A stretch of DNA of 64,000 nt, taken from the NCBI GenBank assembly GCA_037137535.1, contig JBAXKC010000005.1, forward strand, positions 32,001 to 96,000, given 5' to 3'. The notes under the pieces are model-generated. The model did not search any database and had not been told where the DNA came from. It saw only the letters and a list, made by a program, of their open reading frames with translations. Positions within the stretch are counted from its first letter, which is position 1. Every line of letters starts with the position of its first letter. This DNA comes from a bacterium (GTDB lineage: Bacteria; Cyanobacteriota; Vampirovibrionia; Gastranaerophilales; JBAXKC01). Position numbers and translations under genes: made by a program. Below are positions 18,472-28,792 of the stretch, in pieces.

Positions 18472-20394
18472 TTATGTTAATTTAGCTATTTTTTCCGCTA
18501 GCTGAGCAATTTCCTCACAGTTATCAGCAGAAACATTTATAAGTTTAGTTATTTCAGTCATTTCTTTACCAGCTTCATTCATGTTAGTTTCAAGTTTGTC
18601 TGAAATTTTATTCATTAACTCTACTTGCTTCTGAATTATGGATTCACTAGATTTAGTTGAATCTACAACTTCTTTAGATTGTTCAGAAAGTTTTCTTACT
18701 TCATCCGCTACAATTGCAAAGCCACGTCCATGATCACCCGCACGAGCTGCTTCAATAGAAGCATTAAGTGAGAGTAAATTTGTCATACCTGCTATATTTA
18801 CAATTTCTTTTGATGCTTCAATAAATTCATTAACGCTTTGTTCAACACTATAAATACTATTTTTTAAATCACTTGAGGTTTTAATAAGATTAATTATTTG
18901 TTCTTTTATTTGTTCCGTATTTGCACTATTTTCTTTATTTGAATTAGCGACATTTAATACTTTTTCTATAATCTTATCCACATTTGTTTTAAGAATAGTT
19001 GATGATTCCTCTTTTTCTGCATTAATTTCCTGTAATTCTGCTGTCATTTGTTGTAGTTTACAATTTTGTGCATTTATCATGTCATGTTCTATTTTAAGCT
19101 CTTTTTTATTATAAAATATGCAGTTTTTTAAATGATTAGTATTATTAAATATAGAAAGGGCCATATTTTTACAATTGCCATATCCGCAAGCATTACAGTT
19201 TATGTTTTTATCTTTTTCAGTATATTTATGCAGTTTTATAAATACTTCATTCAATTCGCTTTGATTTGGAATTAATATTTTTACATCAGAAGATTTATTT
19301 TTGTATTTTCTAATAAAATCATTCAAGTCTATTTCTTTGTTAAACATATCAAATAAAGGATAGGTATTTTTATTAAATATATTCTTTGAGCTTTTTTCTT
19401 TGATTTTTTGTTTTTTTGCTAAATTCATTTTATTATCAAGATCATCTATGTGACGATCTTTACATGTCCCTGTCCCCAAATTGCAGCCGAAAGAACAGTT
19501 TAAAATATCTACAATAAGAGGCAAATTTTTATTTTCTTTTACTCTTTTATTATATGAATCAAGGTAACTATATGCATGCTCATTACCTTCTACCTGTCTT
19601 ACCCAGGCATCAGGTATATGGAATTCTACGTTTTCTCTAAGACCACCTGGTCTTGAGAAGGTTAAGCCTAATCCACATCCGATATCATCAAAGTCTGTTT
19701 CTTCATAGCTATTTAGGTTTATATTATTTCTTTTTAAATAATTCTCTATTTTTTTATAGGTAATATTATATGAAATATAACCATTAGTATTGGGATCATT
19801 AAATTCATCTGTTTTTCCAAGACAAGGTGATAAAAAGGCTATGTTATCATTTATTTTTTTATAATTTTTCATGTAAATAGCAGTACAGAGAGCAGGACTA
19901 TGAACAGGTGAGGTTTTTTCGATTAATTCAGGTTTGTATTTTTCTATATAATTAACAATTGCAGGACAAGGCTGTGCAATGACAGAGTCTAAATTTTTAG
20001 TAGTAATCGCTTTGATATAAGCCCATGTACATAGATCAGCACCAAATGACACATCATATATTAAATTTATACCTTTGCTTTTAAAAAATGAAAAAAGTTT
20101 TTTGTAATTGTCAAAATTCAACCTTGCTGCAGGAGCTGCAACAATGGATAATTTTTTACCTTTTTTTAAATCTTCAAAAAATAATTCTGTATCATCATTA
20201 TATCTACGAGCATTATGATCACATTCCTCTATACAATGTCCACAATTTATACATTTATAAGGATCAACTTTAATTTTATTATCGTTGTTTTCGTCTAAAT
20301 AGGCTATATTGGCGTATATTGCAGGACAACCATTTATGCATTTATTGCAACCGACACAATTCTCTTCAATTGTGTAAACAATATTATTCTTCAT
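18472..20394 (-). CDS. Soluble chemoreceptor: 2x[4Fe-4S] + [FeFe]-hydrogenase-like domain + FeS + MCP signalling domain
   Basis: [93 protein letters not shown]. Confidence 0.9.
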   Translation of the reverse strand: MKNNIVYTIEENCVGCNKCINGCPAIYANIAYLDENNDNKIKVDPYKCINCGHCIEECDHNARRYNDDTELFFEDLKKGKKLSIVAAPAARLNFDNYKKLFSFFKSKGINLIYDVSFGADLCTWAYIKAITTKNLDSVIAQPCPAIVNYIEKYKPELIEKTSPVHSPALCTAIYMKNYKKINDNIAFLSPCLGKTDEFNDPNTNGYISYNITYKKIENYLKRNNINLNSYEETDFDDIGCGLGLTFSRPGGLRENVEFHIPDAWVRQVEGNEHAYSYLDSYNKRVKENKNLPLIVDILNCSFGCNLGTGTCKDRHIDDLDNKMNLAKKQKIKEKSSKNIFNKNTYPLFDMFNKEIDLNDFIRKYKNKSSDVKILIPNQSELNEVFIKLHKYTEKDKNINCNACGYGNCKNMALSIFNNTNHLKNCIFYNKKELKIEHDMINAQNCKLQQMTAELQEINAEKEESSTILKTNVDKIIEKVLNVANSNKENSANTEQIKEQIINLIKTSSDLKNSIYSVEQSVNEFIEASKEIVNIAGMTNLLSLNASIEAARAGDHGRGFAIVADEVRKLSEQSKEVVDSTKSSESIIQKQVELMNKISDKLETNMNEAGKEMTEITKLINVSADNCEEIAQLAEKIAKLT

Positions 20395-20606
20395 TATTTT
20401 GACCCAGCTTCCTTTTTATTTTATTTTAAATCCAACATACATAATCGATATTTTTTCTTTAATTATAATTAGAAAACAATATAGTAATAATAAAAAAATT
20501 TATAATCTATCCTCTTGTCATACTAACTAATGAAAGATTTAATTTTATGAAACATAATTAGTTTAACTTTTATACGGTGGTTATGATAATTTATGAGGTA
20601 TTTACC

Positions 20607-20912
20607 ATGAATGTTTCAAGAATTGATGGTTTTAAAGAAGAAATGCATAATGCTACTGAATCAATGAAAACTAGAATATCAGAAGTTCAAGGTAAAGTTG
20701 AAGAGAATATTAATAAAGCTATGGTTGTTACTGCTGACAGTTTAGAAAATACGGCAAAAAAATTTAACGGTACTGCTGAAGTTTTACGAGAAAAAAATGC
20801 TCAAACTATTAAAAATGATGTATCTGAGCTTGTTAAAAAATATCCTGCTTATACTTTTGTTGGTGCTATGGTTATAGGCTTTATTTTTGGCAAAATGCTT
20901 TCAAAACGATAG
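20607..20912 (+). CDS. YqjD/ElaB (DUF883)-like tail-anchored protein
   Basis: Helical N-terminus, VKKYP then C-terminal TM GAMVIGFIFGKML; ATG at 20607 after GAGGT. Confidence 0.65.
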   Translation: MNVSRIDGFKEEMHNATESMKTRISEVQGKVEENINKAMVVTADSLENTAKKFNGTAEVLREKNAQTIKNDVSELVKKYPAYTFVGAMVIGFIFGKMLSKR

Positions 20913-20925
20913 GAGGATTGTAGCT

Positions 20926-21267
20926 TTGTTTAAAAATGAACCAAATTTTAAAGAGAAAAATAATATTCCGCATCTAATTAAAGAAATAGTTAATGAATTT
21001 TTAAATTTGACATTAAAGCACATAAGTTTAATAAAATTTGATATAAAACATGATATTAGAGTTGCAATAAGTCATATATTATTAGGTCTTTTATGCATTT
21101 TTATGGGATTTTGCGGACTTATTTTTCTTGGGTTTTTCTTTATTCTGATGCTGACTAAAGCTTTACCGCTATGGTTGGCTACTTTGTTGGTAGCGTTATT
21201 GTATTTTGTCATTTCTATAATTTTGCTGGCTTTTGCAATGAATAAAATTAACATTGAAAAATTTTAG
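20926..21267 (+). CDS. YqjE / phage-holin-family two-TM membrane protein
   Basis: HISLIKFDIK then two TMs, LPLWLATLLV; TTG start after AGGAGG. Confidence 0.65.
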   Translation: MFKNEPNFKEKNNIPHLIKEIVNEFLNLTLKHISLIKFDIKHDIRVAISHILLGLLCIFMGFCGLIFLGFFFILMLTKALPLWLATLLVALLYFVISIILLAFAMNKINIEKF

Positions 21268-21290
21268 CATAATATATTTGGAGATTTAAA

Positions 21291-21596
21291 ATGGATAAAA
21301 GACATGAACTTCTAAACGATATTGAGCGTTCGCAGGAGCGCATTCAAGATGATATCTCTCATATTGGAGATATTATTCATAATAAAACTAATATAGCGGA
21401 TGCAATAAAAAAACATCCGTTTCAATCTCTTGCTATTGGAACAGCAGCAGGTTTTGCATTGGCATTTATTTCTACCCCTATTGGAAGAGTAGTTATTAAA
21501 TCACTTATAGGTTCTGCTGTTGCTACTGCCGGTGCTCATTATTCCAAAAAGGGAATAGATTATTTACAATTATTAAAAGAGAAAAAAGTTGTTTAA
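21291..21596 (+). CDS. YqjK/DUF3618-like protein
   Basis: ELLNDIERSQERI coil, IKKHPFQSLAIGTAAGF; third gene of a yqjDEK-like operon. Confidence 0.55.
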   Translation: MDKRHELLNDIERSQERIQDDISHIGDIIHNKTNIADAIKKHPFQSLAIGTAAGFALAFISTPIGRVVIKSLIGSAVATAGAHYSKKGIDYLQLLKEKKVV

Positions 21597-22324
21597 AGTG
21601 GTTTCTTTTTAGGTATTCCTGCCTTACGTGGATAATGAGAGGAAGTGTTCCCGACTTTCTTTATTATTAGTATATTTCTATCAGTATTTTCTATTGAATA
21701 ATCTATTTGTTTTACAGACTCGCCTTTGAGGGTCTGTAAAGCTTTTTGGGCTTCGTTAAGTTCTTCTTGAGCTTCTTTTGCTTTATATGCTGCAAATATA
21801 CCGTCCTTTTTAACAAATGGCAGGCAATATTCGCATAGTATATTAAGTCGACTTACTGCTCTTGCAACAGAAATATCAAATTTTTCTCTCATTTCGACAG
21901 TATGTGCCAGATCTTCCGCTCTTCCGTTTACTGTTTTAATTCGGTCTGTTAATTCTAATATTTCTGCCAATTCTTTAATAAAGTTAATTTTTTTACCAAC
22001 TGAATCCACAGCAGTTAAAGTCCATGTGTCAAATAAAATAATCAGCGGAACTCCAGGAAAACCACCACCACAGCCAATATCAATAATAGAAAGGTTCTTT
22101 TTTTCTCTAATTTCTTCATCAAGATATAAGGAAATAGAGTCTGCGAAATGCTTTGTCATAACTGTTTCATAGCTTGCATCGCTGACTATATTTGTATGTT
22201 CGTTAAACTTATTTAAAAATTCAAAATATTTTCCGAAAAGTTCAATTTGCTTTTCGTTTAATTCAATATCAAATTCTTTTATTTTATTTATTAAAAGTTC
22301 CATAATTTTATCGTCCTTTAGCAT
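21593..22324 (-). CDS. rsmG: 16S rRNA m7G527 methyltransferase
   Basis: KHFADS, DIGCGGGFPGVPL, GRAE, ARAV, YPRKAGIPKKKPL; start may be 22303. Confidence 0.97.
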   Translation of the reverse strand: MLKDDKIMELLINKIKEFDIELNEKQIELFGKYFEFLNKFNEHTNIVSDASYETVMTKHFADSISLYLDEEIREKKNLSIIDIGCGGGFPGVPLIILFDTWTLTAVDSVGKKINFIKELAEILELTDRIKTVNGRAEDLAHTVEMREKFDISVARAVSRLNILCEYCLPFVKKDGIFAAYKAKEAQEELNEAQKALQTLKGESVKQIDYSIENTDRNILIIKKVGNTSSHYPRKAGIPKKKPL

Positions 22325-24995
22325 TCTTTATTCGTTCCATAATAATATTAAAACGAACTTCTCCTATTTCATTCATTATTTGTCTTATTTTTCGGTCAAT
22401 TTTTTCAGAGCTGTCTGTAGAAATTGTAGCTCCTATGGTTTTTCTTGAGAGGATAAAGTTTTTTAGAGATTTTTCATAATCTCTTACATTTAAGAAAAAA
22501 TCGCCAAGATCAAATAAGGAACCTGCAACAAGATAAATATCTTTAGAGCTTTTTGCTGATTCTAGTCCCATATTCAAATAATCAAGGGCTTTATCATTAT
22601 TACCTTGGTAAATATATATATTTGCAAGTTTATTAATTGTTTTATATTCACCATCAAAGTTTTTATTTATTCTGTCAACATTTAATGATTTCTGATAAAA
22701 GTTTAGTGCATTATCAAAGTTGTTATTTTCTTCATAAATAGCCGCAATATTTGCTAATGCTTCCGCTAAGAAAATATTTTGTTCAATATTTTGAAATTCA
22801 GCACATTTTTTATAATATTCCAAAGCTTTTGAAATATTATTCATATCATCATAAACCAGAGCCAGTTTGAATGCAGTAAGAGCATATTGTTCTTTACTTT
22901 GAGCTGTTTCATTTTTTTCTGCAAATTGAAGTGATTTTAAATAATAAGTTATAGCAAGTTCAGCATTTTTCCTGTAATCATAAATCTCCGCTAATCCTGT
23001 GTATGCCTCTGATAGTATTTCATTATTCAGATTATTATTTTTGTCATTAATAACTCTTTTAAAGGCTTTTAGTGCTTCGTCATGTTTATAACTTTCGCTA
23101 TAGGCATTACCAAGCATATTATTTACTTTATTTGCGGTTATATAGTCATTTTCTTGTTGATAAAAGTCTATTGACTCATTATAATAAACCGCTGCATCTT
23201 CATATTTATGCATTTCGGCTAAAATATCAGCTATTTGTATAGATATTTGAGCAACTTGTTTTTTATCTCCTAATGATTTTGAAAGATTTAATGCTTTTTT
23301 ATATTGATAAAAAGCTAAATCAAGTTTATGTGCTTTTTGAAACTCATCTGCTTTTTCAAGTAATTCTTTTCTTTCTTGTGTAGGTGAAATCTTTTCTTCT
23401 TGTTCGGTTGTTTGATCATTTTCTTGAAAAAATATTGGAATAATTAATTTTGACGGGTCAGTTTTTTCTCTTGATAAATCTTCATTAATAGATTCTTCTT
23501 CTAATAATTTTTTTTCATCATCAGAAAGTTCAAAACCTAAATCATCGTCATCCATGTCTTGAATGGTTTCGATTAATTTCTTTTTGAAATTATTGTCTAT
23601 ATTTACTGTTTCGTTGTCTTCAAAGTTTAAGACACTTTCTTCATTTGTATTTTCAATGTTTTTACTTTGTTGTTTCTCTTGTTTATTGGGATTTTTCTGT
23701 GCAGGAGGCATTTGTGATTTTTTAAAATCATAAAATTGATTTGGAGTTGATGCCAATATATTAAAATTGGTTTTAAATTTCGTGCTTATTTTATAGTGAT
23801 AATATTGTTCTGTGTGTAAAAGTTTTCGAGAAAGAGTTATTTCTCTTTCATTTATTGGTTTTGGTATTTGATTTGAGTAAAATTCATGTAAGAAATTATG
23901 AATTTTACCTTTTTCATTTGTGGCAATATGTTTATATATAAGATTTTTAATCATAGGCTTAATGTAGTAATTACCGTTATTATCGGTTACTATCATAAGC
24001 TCTTTGAGTTTATTTATTTTGTGTTCTAAATCACCTTCCGCATTAAGTTTTTGCAGTAGGCTTATTTTTACGGGGTGTCTTAATGCTGATAAAAACCTGC
24101 ATAATTTTATACAATCTTGCGGAATAATATCATATATTTTTTCTATAATATATTCTTCAAAACTTTCTTTTCTTGACGAATATTCTCCAATTAAATCAAA
24201 TGGTGTTATTTTTAAGTTTATTACACCATTTATAAACCATAATAAACTTTCAGGATAACCTCTAGTTATTTCAAAGGCCTGATAAAGTGTGTTTTCATAG
24301 CCTATTAAATTATGATCTTTAAATATTTGCAACGCATGGTTATCATCAAGGCCGCCCAGCTTTATGCGAGAACTGTTTTTCTCGTTAAGGTTAAGTCCTG
24401 ATACCAATAATTTTTGCGAAGAAATAATTAACTTAATATTTGGAAATTTAAGTAAATAGTTCAAAAACTTTGCTATTTCTTCATCGGCAAAGTTGAAATT
24501 TTTGTCGGTTAAAAACTCTAATGAGTCTATAGCTATAATTAACGGTCTTTTTAAGTTTTTTATATACTCTATAACTTTTCTATCAATGGATAAAGTTGAT
24601 GAAGCTTTTATATCACGGGCAAGCTCTGTGTTTTTTTTGAAGAATTTATTCAAATAAGAATATAAAGAAACGATTATATCATCGAGATTAGTTATTTGTG
24701 AGCATTCATAATAAAAACGTAAAATAGAATCATCAAGGCTAAGAAAAAGTGATTTTATAAATTCTGTTTTTCCTACTCCATAAAATCCATTTATAACTAA
24801 AGCTTTTCTCATCTCTGAATTTATTGTTCTGATGGCTTCTTTAAAGTGTTCATTTCGATTTATTAAAATATAAGGTGTGTTTTTATTGATATGTTTTACT
24901 TTTGCTTTGTTTAAAACGTCTAAAATTCCGTCAAATTCTTGTATTGACGGGCTAATATTGTCGGTTAATGCAGTTTTAAAGAAAGATTTTCTCAT
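22308..24995 (-). CDS. STAND-like P-loop NTPase with acidic linker and C-terminal TPR repeats
   Basis: INRNEH, Walker A GFYGVGKT, Walker B IIAIDSLE, GxP RGYPESL, about 8 TPR-like repeats. Confidence 0.75.
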   Translation of the reverse strand: MRKSFFKTALTDNISPSIQEFDGILDVLNKAKVKHINKNTPYILINRNEHFKEAIRTINSEMRKALVINGFYGVGKTEFIKSLFLSLDDSILRFYYECSQITNLDDIIVSLYSYLNKFFKKNTELARDIKASSTLSIDRKVIEYIKNLKRPLIIAIDSLEFLTDKNFNFADEEIAKFLNYLLKFPNIKLIISSQKLLVSGLNLNEKNSSRIKLGGLDDNHALQIFKDHNLIGYENTLYQAFEITRGYPESLLWFINGVINLKITPFDLIGEYSSRKESFEEYIIEKIYDIIPQDCIKLCRFLSALRHPVKISLLQKLNAEGDLEHKINKLKELMIVTDNNGNYYIKPMIKNLIYKHIATNEKGKIHNFLHEFYSNQIPKPINEREITLSRKLLHTEQYYHYKISTKFKTNFNILASTPNQFYDFKKSQMPPAQKNPNKQEKQQSKNIENTNEESVLNFEDNETVNIDNNFKKKLIETIQDMDDDDLGFELSDDEKKLLEEESINEDLSREKTDPSKLIIPIFFQENDQTTEQEEKISPTQERKELLEKADEFQKAHKLDLAFYQYKKALNLSKSLGDKKQVAQISIQIADILAEMHKYEDAAVYYNESIDFYQQENDYITANKVNNMLGNAYSESYKHDEALKAFKRVINDKNNNLNNEILSEAYTGLAEIYDYRKNAELAITYYLKSLQFAEKNETAQSKEQYALTAFKLALVYDDMNNISKALEYYKKCAEFQNIEQNIFLAEALANIAAIYEENNNFDNALNFYQKSLNVDRINKNFDGEYKTINKLANIYIYQGNNDKALDYLNMGLESAKSSKDIYLVAGSLFDLGDFFLNVRDYEKSLKNFILSRKTIGATISTDSSEKIDRKIRQIMNEIGEVRFNIIMERIKNAKGR

Positions 24996-25146
24996 ACTTA
25001 GAATATTTTACTAGGTAATTGTCTTTTTTTCCATAAATTATTAATATGATTGAGATTTTATAATGTGTAAAGTAATCTTAACAAATATAGCAATTATACC
25101 AATTTAGTAGTTTTTATAATTATATATAAGGAGGTAAAATCTATTT

Positions 25147-25803
25147 ATGATTAATTCAAATTATAATTCACAGGTTGCATTTGCAGGAAAAGAGAAAACA
25201 GAGAAAAAATCTGCATATCCTGAAAAACAATCTGATAATATAAAAAGAGTTGCCGTTAATACTGCTGTTACTGTAGGGACAGGGGCAGCGTTGGGTGCCG
25301 GTGCTGCTGTAGGTATAAATGAGTTTGCTGTTTCTAAAGTAACTAATGGTATTAAAGAAGTTACTGATACATTTAATAGTAAGTTTCTAAATTCAGATGT
25401 TGCAGAAAAAGTGATTTGTGAAGACTCTCATCCTATTGTTCAACTGGGAGAAAAAATTTCTGATGGATTGAGAGCAGTAAAAAACATATTTGGTTTACCA
25501 AAAAATAATGAATTTAGAACAGGCTTTAATGATGCTCTTGAATCTGCTGCATTTGTCGGAGAAAACAGATATTACTTAAACGGTAATATCGATGAAATTG
25601 GACAGAATGTATTACCTTTTATAAATAATTTCAGAGATGAAATGGTTAATCATATTAGAAGTTGCACAAAAAAGACTATTCTTCCTTTTGCTGCTATTGG
25701 TGCAGCAACTGCTTTAATTCTAGGAACAGCCGGAAGTTTGACTATTCATGGAGTTAAGGATATTTTTAGAACTGATAAAAAAGAAGAAACTTCTAAAGCA
25801 TAG
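25147..25803 (+). CDS. Hypothetical protein with two Gly/Ala-rich hydrophobic helices
   Basis: RBS AAGGAGG; N-terminus MINSNYNSQVAFAG; own terminator. Confidence 0.8.
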   Translation: MINSNYNSQVAFAGKEKTEKKSAYPEKQSDNIKRVAVNTAVTVGTGAALGAGAAVGINEFAVSKVTNGIKEVTDTFNSKFLNSDVAEKVICEDSHPIVQLGEKISDGLRAVKNIFGLPKNNEFRTGFNDALESAAFVGENRYYLNGNIDEIGQNVLPFINNFRDEMVNHIRSCTKKTILPFAAIGAATALILGTAGSLTIHGVKDIFRTDKKEETSKA

Positions 25804-25826
25804 ACTTTGAAATTTAAACAAATATT

Positions 25827-25865
25827 ACTAAAAGCTTTAGTCTCTACTAAGGCTTTTAGTTTTTT
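25827..25865 (+). terminator. Intrinsic terminator
   Basis: ACTAAAAGCTTTAG...CTAAGGCTTTTAGTTTTT. Confidence 0.75.
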
Positions 25866-25910
25866 CATGGGATAATTGTATAGTCATAGTTCAATATTTG
25901 GGGAAAAGAC

Positions 25911-26720
25911 ATGACACAGAATAAAATTAAAGTTGCTGTATGCGGCGCATGTGGCAAAATGGGGCAAGAAGTAATCAGAGCCGTATTAAATGAAGCTGAT
26001 TTAGAGCTTGTTGCGGCTATTGATATTCAAAATACTGGAAAAGATATCGGAGAAATTGTTAATAATACAACTTCTGGCGTAAAAGTAACTAAAGATTTAA
26101 AAGAAACACTTTTGAACTCTAAATCTGATGTTATAGTTGACTTTACATCACCTGAGCTTATCTATAAAAGCTCGATAACTGCTATTGAATGTGGTGTCCG
26201 TCCTGTAATAGGTACAACAGGTTTAAGTGAAGAGCAACTTGCTGAATTAAAAAGACTTTCAGAAGAAAATAAACTTAGCGTATTAATCGCTCCTAACTTT
26301 GCAATTGGTGCGGTTTTAATGATGATGTATGCAGCTCAAGCTTCAAAATATTTTGAACATGCTGAAATTATTGAATTACATCACAATAGAAAAAAAGATG
26401 CTCCATCAGGAACAGCAATTAAAACAGCTCAATTAATGACCGAAGCTCGCAAAGAATTCAGCAAGGATAATATTCCCGAAACTGAATTTATAGAAGGCGC
26501 AAGAGGCGGAGTTACCGACTCAAATATCCATATTCACAGCGTAAGACTTCCGGGTTATATTGCCAGTCAGGAAGTTATTTTTGGAGCTATGGGACAAACC
26601 TTTACTATCAGGCATGATTCCTTCAATAGAGAATGTTATATGCCAGGTGTAGTTTTAGCGATAAAACATGTTATGAAAAATAATGATTTTGTATATGGAT
26701 TAGAAAACATATTATTATAA
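25911..26720 (+). CDS. dapB: 4-hydroxy-tetrahydrodipicolinate reductase
   Basis: GACGKMG, VDFT, GTTG, APNFAIG, ELHHNRKKDAPSGTA. Confidence 0.97.
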   Translation: MTQNKIKVAVCGACGKMGQEVIRAVLNEADLELVAAIDIQNTGKDIGEIVNNTTSGVKVTKDLKETLLNSKSDVIVDFTSPELIYKSSITAIECGVRPVIGTTGLSEEQLAELKRLSEENKLSVLIAPNFAIGAVLMMMYAAQASKYFEHAEIIELHHNRKKDAPSGTAIKTAQLMTEARKEFSKDNIPETEFIEGARGGVTDSNIHIHSVRLPGYIASQEVIFGAMGQTFTIRHDSFNRECYMPGVVLAIKHVMKNNDFVYGLENILL

Positions 26721-26731
26721 GGATAAAATCT

Positions 26732-27748
26732 ATGAAAAAGCCTAATATAGCAGTTCTTGGCGCAACAGGCGTTGTAGGAAGCGAAATATTAAAAATATTA
26801 TCAGAAAAAAACTTTCCGTTTGAAAATATAAAATTCCTTGCTAGTGCTAGAAGTGCAGGTAAAGATATTCAATTTAACGGTAAAACTTATAAAATTGAAG
26901 AAGCTACTCCTGAATCATTTGAAGGAGTAAATATTGTTCTTTCTTCCGCAGGAGCAGCGACAAGTAAAGCTCTTGCTCATGAAGCAGTAAAAAGAGGGGC
27001 TGTAGTAGTTGATAATACCAGTTTATTCAGAATGGAAAAGGATGTTCCGCTTGTAATAGCAGGTGTTAATGATGAAGATTTAAGAAACCATAAAGGCATT
27101 ATTGCAAATCCTAACTGTTCTACTTCACAACTTATGCTAGCTTTAAAACCGCTTCACGATTATGCAACAATAAAAAGACTAGTAGTTAGTACATATCAGT
27201 CAGTTAGTGGTGCAGGTATAGAAGCTATTAATGAATTAACAGAAAATACTAAAGCTACGCTTGAAAATAAAAACTACGAAAATAAAGTATTTAAAAAATC
27301 TATTGGCTTTAATGTTATTCCTCAAATTGATGTTTTCCTTGACAATGGATACACAAAAGAGGAAATGAAAGTCGTAAATGAAACTAAGAAAATCCTTCAC
27401 TTACCTGAAAATACTCCTATTGCTACAACAGCGGTAAGAGTTCCTGTTTATATCAGTCATAGTGAAGCTGTAAACGTAGAGTTTGAAAAAGAGCTTTCTC
27501 CTGAAAAAGCTAGAGAAATTCTCTCAACTGCTTTTGGTGTTGTAGTTGAAGACAATCCTTCAGACTTTGTATTCCCTACTCCTGTTGAAACAGCAGGAAA
27601 AGACCCTGTTTATGTAGGAAGAATAAGAAAAGATCTTTCCTGTGAAAATGGAATTGCAATGTGGGTTGTTGCTGATAATTTAAGAATCGGTGCTGCTCTC
27701 AATACTGTAAGAATTGCCGAAAAACTCGTAGAAATGGGTTTATACTAA
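26732..27748 (+). CDS. asd: Aspartate-semialdehyde dehydrogenase
   Basis: GATGVVG, ANPNCST, TYQSVSGAG, DNLRIGAALN. Confidence 0.97.
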   Translation: MKKPNIAVLGATGVVGSEILKILSEKNFPFENIKFLASARSAGKDIQFNGKTYKIEEATPESFEGVNIVLSSAGAATSKALAHEAVKRGAVVVDNTSLFRMEKDVPLVIAGVNDEDLRNHKGIIANPNCSTSQLMLALKPLHDYATIKRLVVSTYQSVSGAGIEAINELTENTKATLENKNYENKVFKKSIGFNVIPQIDVFLDNGYTKEEMKVVNETKKILHLPENTPIATTAVRVPVYISHSEAVNVEFEKELSPEKAREILSTAFGVVVEDNPSDFVFPTPVETAGKDPVYVGRIRKDLSCENGIAMWVVADNLRIGAALNTVRIAEKLVEMGLY

Positions 27749-27767
27749 ATTTATAAAGGAGCTGAAA

Positions 27768-28658
27768 ATGTCTTTAAGATATAATGCCGGAGAAGTTATT
27801 ACAGCAATGGCAACTCCGTTTAATGATAAATTGGCAATTGATTTTGAAGCAGTTGAAAAACTTGTTGAACATTTAATAAATAACGGTAGTGATGCTATTT
27901 TAGTGGCAGGAACAACAGGCGAATCTCCAACTTTAACTCATGAAGAAGAGTTTGAGCTTTTATCAGTTGTAAAGTCTGTTGCAAAAGGTAGAGTTAAAGT
28001 TATTATGGGAGCAGGCTCAAATAGTACTGATACCGCTGTTGCATCTACTAAAAGAGTTACAGCAATTGGCGCAGATGCTATTTTGACTGTAGTTCCATAT
28101 TATAATAAACCGTCACAACGAGGACTTATCGAGCATTTTGGCGCAATTGCAAAGGCGGCGGATATTCCTATAATGCTCTACAATATACCTGGAAGAACAG
28201 GCATAAATATGCAACCTGAAACAATTGTAAAAGTTGCTGAAGAAAATAAAAATATTTTTGCGGTAAAACAAAGCAACGCAGACCTAGATTTAGTTAGTGA
28301 AATTGCTTCAACTGCTCCCGAAGGATTTGTTGTATATAGCGGTGATGACAGCTTAACCTTACCTATGATGTCTTTAGGCGCTTATGGTGTTGTTAGTGTT
28401 GCAAGTCATATAATTGGTAACGATATTAAAGAGATGATTTCTTGCTTTAATAGAGGTGAAAATCAAAAAGCTAGAGAAATTCACTATAAATGTTTCCCTG
28501 TATTTAAAGCTATTTTCACAGCACCAAATCCTGTGCCTATAAAAGCTTGTCTTGAAAGAATAGGAATCATGTCTGATAATGTGAGATTACCGCTTGTTTC
28601 TCTGTCAAATGAGGAAAAAGCTGTTCTTCTTAAAGTTATCGAGCAATTTGAAGGCTAA
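27768..28658 (+). CDS. dapA: 4-hydroxy-tetrahydrodipicolinate synthase
   Basis: GTTGESPTL, PYYNKPSQ, YNIPGRTG, YSGDD, PNPVPIK. Confidence 0.97.
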   Translation: MSLRYNAGEVITAMATPFNDKLAIDFEAVEKLVEHLINNGSDAILVAGTTGESPTLTHEEEFELLSVVKSVAKGRVKVIMGAGSNSTDTAVASTKRVTAIGADAILTVVPYYNKPSQRGLIEHFGAIAKAADIPIMLYNIPGRTGINMQPETIVKVAEENKNIFAVKQSNADLDLVSEIASTAPEGFVVYSGDDSLTLPMMSLGAYGVVSVASHIIGNDIKEMISCFNRGENQKAREIHYKCFPVFKAIFTAPNPVPIKACLERIGIMSDNVRLPLVSLSNEEKAVLLKVIEQFEG

Positions 28659-28683
28659 TAATTTAAAAATAATTTTGTGAATT

Positions 28684-28709
28684 TACCCCGTACTTTAATA
28701 TACGGGGTA
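28684..28709 (+). terminator. Terminator after dapA
   Basis: TACCCCGTA...TACGGGGTA. Confidence 0.7.
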
Positions 28710-28792
28710 TTCTATTGTAAAAGCTTATTATTGACAATTTTTAATGTATAATTTATTGCCGAGGCTATAAAAACAGATAAAAGGTAAACTAG

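Noticed and set aside
28731-28752. Perfect TTGACA and TATAAT hexamers upstream of the ThiF-like gene
   Set aside because: Spacer is only 10 nt, incompatible with a single sigma-70 promoter
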